Part shown: positions 23,039-34,715 of the stretch, one piece after another
Position numbering within the stretch: position 1 is the first letter of the stretch
Layout of the letters: each line of letters begins with the position of its first letter
NCBI RefSeq assembly: GCF_001194135.2
Contig: NC_069000.1
Coordinates: 43,569,152 to 43,608,925, forward strand
DNA: 39,774 bases
Reading direction: 5' to 3'
DNA from: Octopus bimaculoides
Taxonomy: Eukaryota
The notes under the pieces: generated by a model
Database searches by the model: none
Seen by the model: the letters and a program-made list of their open reading frames with translations, nothing else
What the model was told of the DNA's origin: nothing
Position numbers and translations under genes: made by a program

Positions 23039-23465
23039 AAAGAATGGTCGAATCGTCTGTCACATTGAAATACATTCAAAATACATTCTACTTCACTGAG
23101 AATTTCAAATCCTTTAAAATTTTGATTCTACATTTCTTCTACACATGTCTTTTACACATTTCATTTCGTTTTCAGAACTCATCTTGCAATTTTTGCATTC
23201 TTCTCCATTTTTTGAAAAAATATATTACCACACTTTTGTATTTCTTTCCTTCTTCAATTCTCGCTGTAATCGTTTCTTTTTCTTTTGTTTATCACAAACT
23301 TTTCTTTCCTTCTTCCCCGTCTTGAATTCTTCAAATTCAATTCTTCAATCCAGTCCTACGGTTCCATTTCCATCGTATTCTATTCCAGCATTTGTAGGTC
23401 GTTAAATAGATGAAGAATTTCTGGTCGGATTACTTATGGAAATATGTGTGCCTGAGTCTGTGTTG

Positions 23466-23499
<34 letters not shown>

Positions 23500-24055
23500 G
23501 TATATATGAATAAATAGAAGCATAAAATTCTTAGACAGAATAAATAAACAAGATAATATTAAAAAATCAAGGAAAACTTCTTATCAACCACAGCACTGAG
23601 TGACGTGAATATATTCGATTTAAATGTAACGAAAAGCAACGACATAAATAACTAGAACAAACACAGAGGCGTGTACATACGAGTTAACGTTCTTGAGCAG
23701 ATAAAGCATGAACGTGTGCGTGCGTGTGTGCTGCGTGCGTGGGTATGTGTGAGTTTATGTGTGTGAGCGTGTGAGAGTTAACTGTAAACAAGATCTCTTA
23801 TTTTTCCTACTTCCTGTTCCTTCGTTCTCTCCATCTCACCCCTTCTCCCTATACTATACTCATATCATACTATGTATCTGTATATATATGTGTGTGTGTG
23901 TGTGCGTGTGTGTTTGTATATATGCATATTTGTATATATATATACATACATATACATACATACATACATACATACATACATACATACATACCTATATGTG
24001 TGTGTGTGTGTGTTTGTTAAAGCTGCAAAATTCCTTTTGTATTGGACTTTCCTCT

Positions 24056-24090
24056 GTTTCTGAAGAAGAGCTTTGCTCGAAATGTTAAAC
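24056..24090 (+). ncRNA. Minimal type I hammerhead ribozyme motif, canonical core
   Basis: GUUU-CUGAAGA-A-GAGC(UUU)GCUC-GAAA-UG-UU/AAAC; 4-bp stems I and II, extra A after A9, predicted GUU cleavage after 24086. Confidence 0.7.
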
Positions 24091-24180
24091 CATCTTTCGT
24101 TCCTTCTCTGAGCGTCTGCTAATACTTTACATGTTCCAAGTCCTCGCGTTGTTGTTTTTTGCGTTTGTTCTTCGCTTTTG

Positions 24181-24222
<42 letters not shown>

Positions 24223-24505
24223 TATATTTCGGGTGGTCATTTTTGTAAAGGTTTAAGGCAAAGAACAGTTTAAGAAGAACATCGAAGAATCCGAAGTGAA
24301 GAATGAAGAACGAATATTTTGCGTGTGTGTTTAATATTTTAAAAAATATGACCGTTCTGAAATATAACAATATCTGTTTCAACACACGATTATTTCACAT
24401 CAGGAATCTTGGAGAACAAATTCTGCCGTTTGTATGAATGTATATATACGTTTATATACATGTACACTTACATATGCGTGTATAGAAAGAGAGATAACTA
24501 ATGAG

Positions 24506-24538
<33 letters not shown>

Positions 24539-25041
24539 TATACATACATACAGACATGTGTGTGTGTGTGTGTTGTCATACCATGCAAAATAGATCTGTC
24601 AGCAACTGGCTGCTAACTTCCCCGAACCAGTTCTCTCTAATTAGTCTCAACAGAGTGTGAATATCTTTTCCTTTATTGCATCCACACATAACACCTACCA
24701 GACTTTGGGGAAATAAAGAGGAAAATCTAATGCCGCTTAGGGAATAATTTCTATAATTTTTGGATGAGATTAACAGCATAGAACTGTGTGAATCTTTCAA
24801 TTATACACAATCGCTTCTGGGCGAAATGCTTAACAGATAGCGAGTCGCTTTTAATCGTCGGCTGCTATGATTTACACAGAACATTTTTATGATTCCAACA
24901 TTTCGGTTATGGCTACACGTTCATTTTTCCCTCTTCCTGTCTTGATATGATATTGTTTCATGGATTAATTCACTTGTATATGAAATTTTAATAAGTGTAT
25001 TTGCAATAATTATTTTATTAAGATTATTATTTTTAGGATCC

Positions 25042-25110
25042 CTTATTGAATGCATTCTAGAGATCATCTTCTGAAGAGCCTTGTAACACCATATCGTCTG
25101 CAAATATCCA
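25042..25110 (-). mobile_element. Reverse-transcriptase catalytic motif fragment (RTE-like LINE)
   Basis: WIFADDMVLQGSSEDDL*NAFNK (FADD motif followed by the typical .L.A.SE.DLQ pattern); very short. Confidence 0.5.
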
Positions 25111-25278
25111 ATCCTACACCTGCTGAATGTGAGACCATTTCCATAAAGGTTTTGGCGAAGTCATGGTGCATGCGCCTATCTTTATTCGGATATGGTTTGT
25201 GATATATACATATGCATGATTAAAGTTTAAAAGCAAAACGGAGCCGCCTCTTTGATGTGATTTCGATCAATTCCTAGC

Positions 25279-25326
25279 GATATCTGAAGAAGGAATTTTA
25301 ATATTCCGAAATATTATTATCATATC
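25279..25326 (+). ncRNA. Type I hammerhead ribozyme motif, canonical core, all three stems
   Basis: GAUAU-CUGAAGA-A-GGAAU(UUUAAU)AUUCC-GAAA-UA(UUAU)UA-UC/AUAUC; predicted AUC cleavage after 25321. Confidence 0.75.
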
Positions 25327-25444
25327 AGACTATGGATAATTAAATTATAACAGTTATTATAGACCACTCTGCATTATTGTGCCATTCAAGACACGTTATA
25401 TTTTATAGAGAATAAATATCATTATGATATATATTATACACAGT

Positions 25445-25680
25445 AAGGCGGCGAGCTGGCAGAATCGTTAGCACGCCGGGCGAAATGCTTAGCGGTATTT
25501 CGTCTGTCTTTACGTTCTCAGTTCAAATTCCTCCGACGTCGACTCTGCCTTTCATCCTTTTGCGGTCGATCAATTAAGTACCAGTTGCGCAGTGGGGTCG
25601 ACGTAATCGACTTAATCCGTTTGTCTGGCCTTGTTTGTCCTCTCTATGTTTAGCCCCTTATGGGAAATAAAGGAATAAGA
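25445..25680 (+). mobile_element. SINE family A, subfamily with alternative 3' tail
   Basis: aaggcggcgagctggcagaatcgttagcacgccgggcgaaatgcttagcgg..; tail aatccgtttgtctggccttgtttgtcc..gggaaataaaggaataag. Confidence 0.93.
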
Positions 25681-25752
25681 AACGTGAGCACGCCGGGGGA
25701 AATGCTTTACGTTTTGAATTCAAATTCCGCCGAGGTCGACTTTGCCATTCAT
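25681..25752 (+). mobile_element. SINE family A head (internally deleted), runs into gap
   Basis: gcacgccggggga aatgctt|tacgttttgaattcaaattccgccgaggtcgactttgcc. Confidence 0.85.
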
Positions 25753-25883
25753 NNNNNNNNNNNNNNNNNNNNNNNNNNNNNNNNNNNNNNNNNNNNNNNN
25801 NNNNNNNNNNNNNNNNNNNNNNNNNNNNNNNNNNNNNNNNNNNNNNNNNNNNNNNNNNNNNNNNNNNNNNNNNNNNNNNNNNN

Positions 25884-26000
25884 GGGGACAATCAAGGACA
25901 GACAAACGGATGAAATCGATTGTATCGACCCCAGTGCGTAACTGGTACTTATTTAATCGACCCCAAGAGGATGAAACGCAAAGTCGACCTCGGCGGAAAT
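25884..26000 (-). mobile_element. SINE family A 3' part (alternative-tail subfamily)
   Basis: ggggacaatcaaggacagacaaacggat..atcgaccccagtgcgtaactggtacttattta..aagtcgacctcggcggaa. Confidence 0.88.
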
Positions 26001-26173
26001 ATATTTATTTCTTTATTGCCCACAGGGGACTAAACAGAGAGGGGACAAACAAGGGATTAAATCGATTACATCGACCCCAGTGCATAACGGGTACTTATTT
26101 AATCGACCCCGAAACGATGAAAAGCAGAGTATTTCGCCCGGCGTGCTAACGTTCCTGCCAGCTCACCACCTTA
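26001..26173 (-). mobile_element. SINE family A (alternative-tail subfamily), internally deleted
   Basis: atttctttattgcccacagggg..atcgaccccagtgc..tttcgcccggcgtgctaacgttcctgccagctcaccacctt. Confidence 0.88.
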
Positions 26174-27529
26174 GAAAATTTTAAATATTAACATCAACAT
26201 TGCATTTTGACGTTTCGATGTGGTTTCCGCTCAATATCGGATTCCTCGTCCGACAACATGGACGTAATTGCAAAATCAATTCGTGTTATAATCTTAACAT
26301 GTATACCATTGCTGCGTGCAAAGAGAGTGCTATTAGCTTATATTATATCTGTGAATTTTTCTGGAAATTTTCCTGCATGTGTGTATGTGTTTCTGTATGT
26401 GTGTGTGTGTGTATTGATGTACCTTGGACAACAAGTCAATCTAGTGAGGCAGAAATTCTTGCTCACAGCTGTCCATTTGTCGCCATAAAAAAAAGACGAC
26501 CGTTATTTTTAATGACCGTATATTTAACGACATGTTAATTCATGATTCTGCGAGATTATCTTCCCTACTTATTTTGGAATCGCTATCTATCACTGCTTGC
26601 TGATAGTTTATTTATTTGTTTGTTTTCCTCCCTGTTTATCTTCGCTGAAGAAATGAAGATAATTTCAATAAATCAAAAACTTATCTTCTACAGTATTGAG
26701 TATAAATTTCTTCATCAACACTGTCTGCGCTGGCACTACAAGACATTTCGAAGAGTTATTTTTCTTAATTCATTCACTCTATGTATGTATGTATGTATGT
26801 ATGTATGTATGTATGTATGTATGTATGTATGTATGTATGTATGTATGCATGTATATACGTTTATGCACACACATACATATGTATATAAAATTATATATAT
26901 ATANNNNNNNNNNNNNNNNNNNNNNNNNNNNNNNNNNNNNNNNNNNNNNNNNNNNNNNNNNNNNNNNNNNNNNNNNNNNNNNNNNNNNNNNNNNNNNNNN
27001 NNNNNNNNNNNNNNNNNNNNNNNNNNNNNNNNNNNNNNNNNNNNNNNNNNNNNNNNNNNNNNNNNNNNNNNNNNNNNNNNNNNNNNNNNNNNNNNNNNNN
27101 NNNNNNNNNNNNNNNNNNNNNNNNNNNNNNNNNNNNNNNNNNNNNNNNNNNNNNNNNNNNNNNNNNNNNNNNNNNNNNNNNNNNNNNNNNNNNNNNNNNN
27201 NNNNNNNNNNNNNNNNNNNNNNNNNNNNNNNNNNNNNNNNNNNNNNNNNNNNNNNNNNNNNNNNNNNNNNNNNNNNNNNNNNNNNNNNNNNNNNNNNNNN
27301 NNNNNNNNNNNNNNTTTAATAAACGTTTTCTGCAATAATTTCGTTCACCGGCAGGGAAAAAACTGAAGGCTTTTACAGAAGTTTAATCGAGGTTATGAGC
27401 AACGATGGCTGAGGAGGTTAACACTGGACATAGAAGAATAGTTTGAATAGGGACTTTAGAAGATTTCCAGGTCGCGAACTACAGATAATTCCCCAAAATG
27501 TCTGACATGGCAGTACCACAAGAATGCAT

Positions 27530-27834
27530 CTCTCAGCTTGTCTTTCTTCCTTATCGCATACCTCGTTGTCAGCTGGGCATGCTATGTCTATGATCCAGCA
27601 TAGATTACTTTCTTTCTCAGTTAAGACTATGTCCAGCTTCCTATTCTCAATCTCATGGTCGCACTGAATCATAAAATCCCATAGGATCTTTGCATTTTTA
27701 TTTTCAACGATGTCTTCGGGTTTGTGGTCGTACCAATCTTTTGCTCTGTCAAAACCATACTTGTTGCAAAGCATCCAATGCACAAATCTGGCTATATTAT
27801 CGTGGTGTCTCTTATATTCCTTCTGGGCTAGTGA
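27530..27834 (-). mobile_element. R4/Dong-like RLE fragment abutting (AAT)n
   Basis: SLAQKEYKRHHDNIARFVHWMLCNKYGFDRAKDWYDHKPEDIVENKNAKILWDFMIQCDHEIENRKLDIVL..WIIDIACPAD; starts immediately after the AAT array at 27836-27885 on the minus strand. Confidence 0.88.
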
Positions 27835-28209
27835 CATTATTATTATTATCATCATTATTATTATTATTATTAATATTATTATTAGTCCTGATCCCCACAT
27901 AGTATGTTCTAGAAGAAAGCAAAAACAGTGAGTATGCTCTTATGTTTTATCACTGAGGATAGCGAAAGTGTTTCGGTCCTGGTCAGGAACCATTTTCCTT
28001 GTCTGTTCTATCAATTCTCTTTTTTTTTATTTTATTCTGTTATATTATAGTTTATTTTTTTAAATTTTTAATTTCTATTTTATTTTTTTTAATTTTCAGT
28101 TTTGTTATTTTAAGCATTTTTTGTTTTTGGTTGTTGTTCATTTTTATTTTCGTATCTACACATTCTTTTCTTATCTCTCCAAAGTTCGCAGAGGCAAAAG
28201 TGGAAAAAT

Positions 28210-28751
28210 GCCACCAACCGCCAACACCACCACTAACACTACTACCACCTCTACGATCATGCTGCTGCTATTACTGCCACTACTACTAGTAGTACGGTAC
28301 TACTGCTACTACCGCTACTACTACTACTACTACTACTACAATGATAATGATGGTGATGGTGGTGCTAGATTTGGTAGTGATGATGTTAATGATGATGCTG
28401 ATGATGATGGTGATGATAGTGGTGGTGGTGGTGGTAGTGATGATAGTGGTGCGTGTGGTGGAGCTAGTGGCATGCTGGTGGTGGTTGAAATAAGGCTAGT
28501 GTTACTAGTAATGGTGATGGTGGTAGCGGTGGTTTGGGAATATTGGTGGTGTCGTCGGTGGTGGCGATCGGCGTCGTCGACGTCGTCATCGTGGACGTGT
28601 TGATGGTAGTGGTGGTGGTGATGGTGGTGGTGGGGTGGGGTGGGGTGGTTAGGGCGATAGTTGTTGGCAGCGGTGGTGGTGTCGATAACGATGAATTTCT
28701 TTCCTTATCTCCACAGAGTTCAAGAAGCCAAAATACAAAATGTTACTACTG

Positions 28752-28801
<50 letters not shown>

Positions 28802-28805
28802 GCTA
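28210..28805. repeat. Low-complexity trinucleotide region (CTA, TGA, TGG, ACC)
   Basis: Directly visible; explains the poly-Y/D/V/T/S ORFs. Confidence 0.9.
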
Positions 28806-29225
28806 GTAAGAATGTTGATAAACAAACAGTAATGGTTAATCAAACAGACGGAATAGCAACAATGCGCTGTTGAACATTTCAGACCCGCGTGGATCTTCAA
28901 ATTCAGAAAGAGAAAAAGAATGTGATGTTGTAGTCTTTATGCATTACCACAACAGTTACAATGACTATATATATNNNNNNNNNNNNNNNNNNNNNNNNNN
29001 NNNNNNNNNNNNNNNNNNNNNNNNNNNNNNNNNNNNNNNNNNNNNNNNNNNNNNNNNNNNNNNNNNNNNNNNNNNNNNNNNNNNNNNNNNNNNNNNNNNN
29101 NNNNNNNNNNNNNNNNNNNNNNNNNNNNNNNNNNNNNNNNNNNNNNNNNNNNNNNNNNNNNNNNNNNNNNNNNNNNNNNNNNNNNNNNNNNNNNNNNNNN
29201 NNNNNNNNNNNNNNNNNNNNNNNNN

Positions 29226-29263
<38 letters not shown>

Positions 29264-29689
29264 GCATGCATATACATATGAGAGGTTTTGGTATCCAGAA
29301 GACTCAAAAGGCAGGTAAAGCTATGTAGTTGCCACGGAAGGAGCGCTGTTAGACTCCCGGTTCGATAATAGTATGAGTGAGGCGTCTGAGTTTCGTTTTT
29401 CAGAAGTGGTAGTTCCTACAACTCAGTAGTTTCTCTTTTCTGTCTACGTTCGTAGAATGTTGAATTTAGCTTAATTGATTTGTTCGGCAAGTTACTTCAT
29501 GCTGAAAATTTCGAAGGAGGATGAAATAGTACTATACAAGTGTACCAAGGACTAAAACACTTTAAGAACTTCCTTTTATCAAACAGAAAATAAAATTACA
29601 GATAAAAATTAAGTAAGGACGGGTTTTAACTAAATTTCACTTAGTATCGATTCTCTTATTATTAATGGTAAATTCACCAGAAGCAAACC

Positions 29690-29820
29690 TTTTATTTTTT
29701 ACTTGTTTCTGTTCTTGGGCTCCCGTCAAGCTAGAGCTCTGTCCTGAGGAGTTTAGGTGAAATGACCTAATATACATTCTGTCGGTTTCTTTTGACGAAC
29801 TGCTACGTTACGTGGCGATA
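29690..29820 (-). mobile_element. SINE family B 3' module, heavily decayed
   Basis: ttttacttgtttctgttcttgggctcccgtcaagctagagc..cattctgtcggtttctttgacgaactgctacgttacg colinear with 38295-38440. Confidence 0.5.
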
Positions 29821-30273
29821 ATAGATATATATATATAATATATTGTATTTGATACTGTATAGACTGACATCTACGTCATCATGTCACTTCAGTTGTGTGT
29901 CATTGAAGCGACTTAGTATTAGACTAATAATTGGGATTGTCATAAGCTGTATTGGTCACTTTGGTGCAATGATGATCATAGCTACATGGTTTATAGCAGA
30001 CGCGAAGTTCGAATTCTGTAGGCGATTATGAAATAGTTTTATGTACTTTATAATACACACATACGCATACGCACACGCTCAAATATATACGCATACACAC
30101 ACACGCTCACATATCCATATCCATATGTATGTATATATATATATATATATATACATACATACACACACATGTAAAAGCATATCTGCGTGTGCATATATAC
30201 ACATACATATATATATGCATATGTGTGTGTATGTGAGTGTATACTTATATATACATATATGTATATATATATA

Positions 30274-30330
<57 letters not shown>

Positions 30331-30698
30331 TTATGTATGTATTGATATATTTGTATGTGTATATAAACACATGCATATAGGTAATTTATATACATGTTTG
30401 CATTCGTATATATATATAGTTATATACATACATACATGCAGACACGTACGCATAGCTTATATACACATACCCTACCACACACACGCACACACACACACAC
30501 ACACACAGTACACAGAAAAAGTAGATATGGGCGAGATGAATTGACAGAGTGGCGTAGTTCGTAAATATCTGGGGCAGAAGAACACAGGTCGTGTCTATCT
30601 AGAGAGACACATAGTCTATCTGTGCGTGTGTATTTGTGTGTATGTAATAGAGATAAATACAGACTCTCCACTGTCTATATACCTATCTTTTTTACCCC

Positions 30699-30733
<35 letters not shown>

Positions 30734-31086
30734 CATATGTGTATATATTGGATAGACCCAGTTTCTGTCTATCTTCTTCCTACAAGCTGAAGTCTATATA
30801 TGCGCGGCGTCCTGATAACAGAAATCTGTTGTACCGTTTTCATACCTCGATGTGTGCGTAGTAACAGACATGGTACAACAACAACAACAACAACTACTAC
30901 TACTACTACTAATAGTAATAATAATAATAATANNNNNNNNNNNNNNNNNNNNNNNNNNNNNNNNNNNNNNNNNNNNNNNNNNNNNNNNNNNNNNNNNNNN
31001 NNNNNNNNNNNNNNNNNNNNNNNNNNNNNNNNNNNNNNNNNNNNNNNNNNNNNNNNNNNNNNNNNNNNNNNNNNNNNNNNNNNNNN

Positions 31087-31123
<37 letters not shown>

Positions 31124-31126
<3 letters not shown>

Positions 31127-31296
31127 GCAGGGGTGGCTGTGTGGTAAGTAGCTTGCTCACCAACCACATGCTTCCTGGTTTAGTCCCACTGCGTGACACT
31201 TTGGACAAGTGTCTTCTGCTATAGCTGTGGGTTGACCAAAGCCTTGTGAGTGGATTTGGTGGGCAGAAATTGAAAGAAGCCCGTCGTATATATATG
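31124..31296 (+). mobile_element. SINE family B head plus CORE-like box
   Basis: ggcgcaggggtggctgtgtggtaagtagcttgc (A-box), ctggtttagtccc (decayed B-box), actttggacaagtgtctt (CORE-like), ends gaaagaagcccgtcgtatatatatg. Confidence 0.9.
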
Positions 31297-31523
31297 CTAT
31301 CGACTCCGAAGGAATGAATGTTAAATTTGATTGTAAAGCGGTTTTTGGCTACTGTTCTATCTGTCTTTTGACGACGGTTGTCGCTTGACAGATATCATAT
31401 TCCGAAGTCGTCGATAGAATATTTCTATCTGGCCCTGTACGATCCCCCATTCGTAACAGTATTATTATCTTCAAAAGGTTGGATCGTTATAATGTCCACT
31501 CAGTATCACAGTATTATATCAGC

Positions 31524-31690
31524 CTGTTGTTGGCACTCCGTCGCTTACGACGTCGAGGGTTCCAGTCGATCCGATCAACGGAACAGCCTGCTCGTGAAAT
31601 TAACGTGCAAGTGGCTGAGCACTCCACAGACACGTGTACCCTTAACGTAGTTCTCGGGGATATTCAGCGTGACACAGTGTGACAAGGCTG
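31524..31690. mobile_element. 167-bp insertion flanked by an 11-bp direct repeat (probable target-site duplication)
   Basis: attatatcagc at 31513-31523 and 31691-31701; GC-richer interior; single copy in window. Confidence 0.65.
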
Positions 31691-31829
31691 ATTATATCAG
31701 CACAGACACGACAGTCAGAAAGTCTACACTTACTCTCGACCTTCTGCCTTTCCCTGTCGACCGCCTACTGGTGTATTTAGAATGGCTGGGTGCTACCACT
31801 TTTTACAGGGAGGGCTGTACAGTTTCACT

Positions 31830-31895
31830 ACACAACAGTTGATCACAGTGGGAATTGAACTCAGGACTTAAGGAGACGAATCAAATGCTACAAGT
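31830..31895 (-). mobile_element. Degenerate tRNA-SINE head
   Basis: Minus-strand B-box-like cctgagttcaattcccac; no complete cloverleaf. Confidence 0.35.
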
Positions 31896-32151
31896 TATTT
31901 TATCACAGACTTTAGCGATTCAGCCGAGCAAATATAGCCTGATAAACAAGAAATAATGAAAAAGAAAGACCTGAAGCTCGCCTGCAGTAGAGAGAGTATG
32001 TCATTAATGAGGTTATAATTGGCAACGAAAGGATTTTGACAGACATAATTGAGTGATTGATTGACTGAGTGATCCAACCATTAATCAAACAATCGATTAG
32101 TTAATTTGTTAGATAATTAACTAATTGATTCTTAATGAATCTATCTCATTT

Positions 32152-32331
32152 TGGTACTAGGCCAGTAGATTTGACGACAGGGGTATATCGATTACATTGA
32201 CCTCAGTGCGTAACTGGTACTTACTTCATCGACCTCAAAACGATGAAAGGCAAAGTCGACCTCGGCGGAATTTGAACTCGGAACGTAAGAACGGACGAAA
32301 TGCCGCTAACGATTCTGCCAACTCGCTGCCT
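32152..32331 (-). mobile_element. SINE family A with 21-nt deletion
   Basis: gatgaaaggcaaagtcgacctcggcggaatttgaactcggaacgt..gccgctaa|cgattctgcc. Confidence 0.9.
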
Positions 32332-32360
32332 CCAATACACTCCTGATAGTCCTCTCTGCC

Positions 32361-32557
32361 AAAGGCACAAGGACTGAAATTTGGGGGGAGGGGACTAGGG
32401 GATTACATTGACCGCCAGTACGTAACTGGTACTTATTTTATCGACCGCGAAAGGGTAAAAGGCAAAGTCGACCTCAGCGGGTTTTGAACTCAGAACGTGT
32501 AGACAGACGAAATACCGCTAAGCACTTCGCATTTCGAATCAAGCAGCTCGCTGCCTT
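32361..32557 (-). mobile_element. SINE family A, tandem neighbour
   Basis: aaggcacaaggactgaaatttggggg..aaagtcgacctcagcgggttttgaactcagaacgt..ataccgctaagc..agctcgctgcctt. Confidence 0.9.
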
Positions 32558-32567
32558 GGATACACTC

Positions 32568-32598
<31 letters not shown>

Positions 32599-32625
32599 TA
32601 ATAATAATAATTAATAATAATAAAA

Positions 32626-32758
32626 CCATATCGCGCACATATGGTTGTGATGCATGTGCCTGATGTACCCTTATCAGACGGGTAGTCATGATGGATATAC
32701 TGGGCTTCGTATATTTTACCCCAGTGTCCCTTTGATGGCATTCACTGCTCTCTCACTC

Positions 32759-32790
<32 letters not shown>
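32626..32790 (+). mobile_element. 5'-truncated copy of the (AAT)n-tailed element, inside an (AAT)n array
   Basis: About 93% identical to 6742-6877; AAT repeats on both sides. Confidence 0.88.
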
Positions 32791-33629
32791 TGATGATAAA
32801 AGAAGTGAAATAAAAAGCAGTGTGTGTTTATTGGCACAATGACCTTCCCGAGATACAACAAAATCTGTTTCAACACACAAGCTCCCATAAAAAAAGATCT
32901 TGCAAACTATATGATGCAAAACGAAGTAGAAAGGAATTTGGGAGTGGAATAAGGAACGAAAGAACGATAGGAAGGAAGGAAGAATCGAAGGAAGAAAGGA
33001 AAGAAAGAAAGGAAGAAAAGTGGGTGAGAGAAGCAAAGGCCCCCCTCCCCCACCAAAATAAAAAAGCAAGGACGGACAAGGAATGGTGAAGAATATGGAA
33101 GAGGAAGAAATGTGTTGATGTGAAGGGATCGGTTAAAGGGTGTCAAAAACGAGGGAGTTAGCCTCGGCACCAGGNNNNNNNNNNNNNNNNNNNNNNNNNN
33201 NNNNNNNNNNNNNNNNNNNNNNNNNNNNNNNNNNNNNNNNNNNNNNNNNNNNNNNNNNNNNNNNNNNNNNNNNNNNNNNNNNNNNNNNNNNNNNNNNNNN
33301 NNNNNNNNNNNNNNNNNNNNNNNNNNNNNNNNNNNNNNNNNNNNNNNNNNNNNNNNNNNTAGGAACGGTGTGATGTGGTGGTGGTCGTGCTGTTGATCGT
33401 TGGTTGTAATAAAGTCAGTCTTTTTTTTTTGGTTTTGTTGTTGTTTCTCTCAGAATATTTCTATACTTCGAGATATGGAATAGGTTAGAAACATGTTGAC
33501 CCAATTCCAAAAAATGCTCTAATTTTTTATTTATTTCATTTTATTTTATTTATTTATTTATTTATTTATTCCTTTTATTCGTTTACTTATCTATTCATTC
33601 ATTTGTTTTTTTGGGGTTTTTTTGATTTC

Positions 33630-33734
33630 TTAACAATTATTATTATTATTATTGCTGTTATTATTGTTATCGCCATCGTTTATCATCATCATCATCATCA
33701 TTCCCATCCCCATCATCATCATCATCACCATCCC

Positions 33735-33766
<32 letters not shown>

Positions 33767-33934
33767 ACATCGGTACTGCCATCGCACTCATCACTATCAT
33801 CATCATAATCACTATCCTCCTCCACCTCCTCCTCCTCCTCCTCATCATCATCATCATAACCGCCACCATTATCATCATTAACATCATCATCATCATCAAC
33901 GTCATCATCGTCATGCTTTACCACCACCACCACC

Positions 33935-33968
<34 letters not shown>

Positions 33969-34050
33969 TTATAAGCACCATCAGCAGAACATCATAATCT
34001 CCATCATCATCATCATCGTCATCATCATCATCATCGTCATCATCATCACC
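33630..34050. repeat. (CAT)n-rich trinucleotide array with (CCT)n and (CAC)n patches
   Basis: Directly visible. Confidence 0.95.
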
Positions 34051-34351
34051 GTTCTTTGGTTGCTATTTCGCTGCTCTTCTCTTCACTTAATCGCCTTACA
34101 CTATTAACGATTGTTTTAGCATTGTTTTTGTTTTTATTAGAGGAGGCGGAGGAGGAGTAGGCGGAGGAGAAGGATGAAGGGAGTTCGTTTGTTGCTCGGA
34201 GAATGGCTTGGTTTTATTTTTCTCCTAACGTTGAACGTTGTGCTGCTGTGTGTTTCATTCTTGTTATTTTTGTTCATCGTATTTTCTTCATTGTTTCCAT
34301 CTGTGCATCTACTAGAAATACATACACATGAATACACACATACACACATAC

Positions 34352-34392
<41 letters not shown>

Positions 34393-34531
34393 AATATAAA
34401 CATACAGACATACATGCATACACACACACGTGCACACAAAAAAACGTACATACATATATATATGTACATATATATGCACACACACAAATATATATAAATA
34501 TATGTATATATCTACATACATACATCTATGC

Positions 34532-34593
<62 letters not shown>

Positions 34594-34684
34594 GGAAAAG
34601 CAACTTCTGGATTTTGTTGCATTTTTAGGGTGTTTTTTTAGCCTCTCATTTTAATTTCGATGTATTTGTTTGTGTTGCTGCTAC

Positions 34685-34715
<31 letters not shown>

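Noticed and set aside
26200-26260. Minus-strand CGGACGA...GAAACGTC
   Set aside because: Core and stem I are too degenerate to distinguish from chance.
29744-29765. CTGAGGA..GAAA
   Set aside because: No stems; part of a decayed SINE B module.
33603-34107. His-rich, Ile-rich and Asp-rich ORFs
   Set aside because: All frames are open only because of (CAT)n repeats; there is no unique coding sequence or splice evidence.
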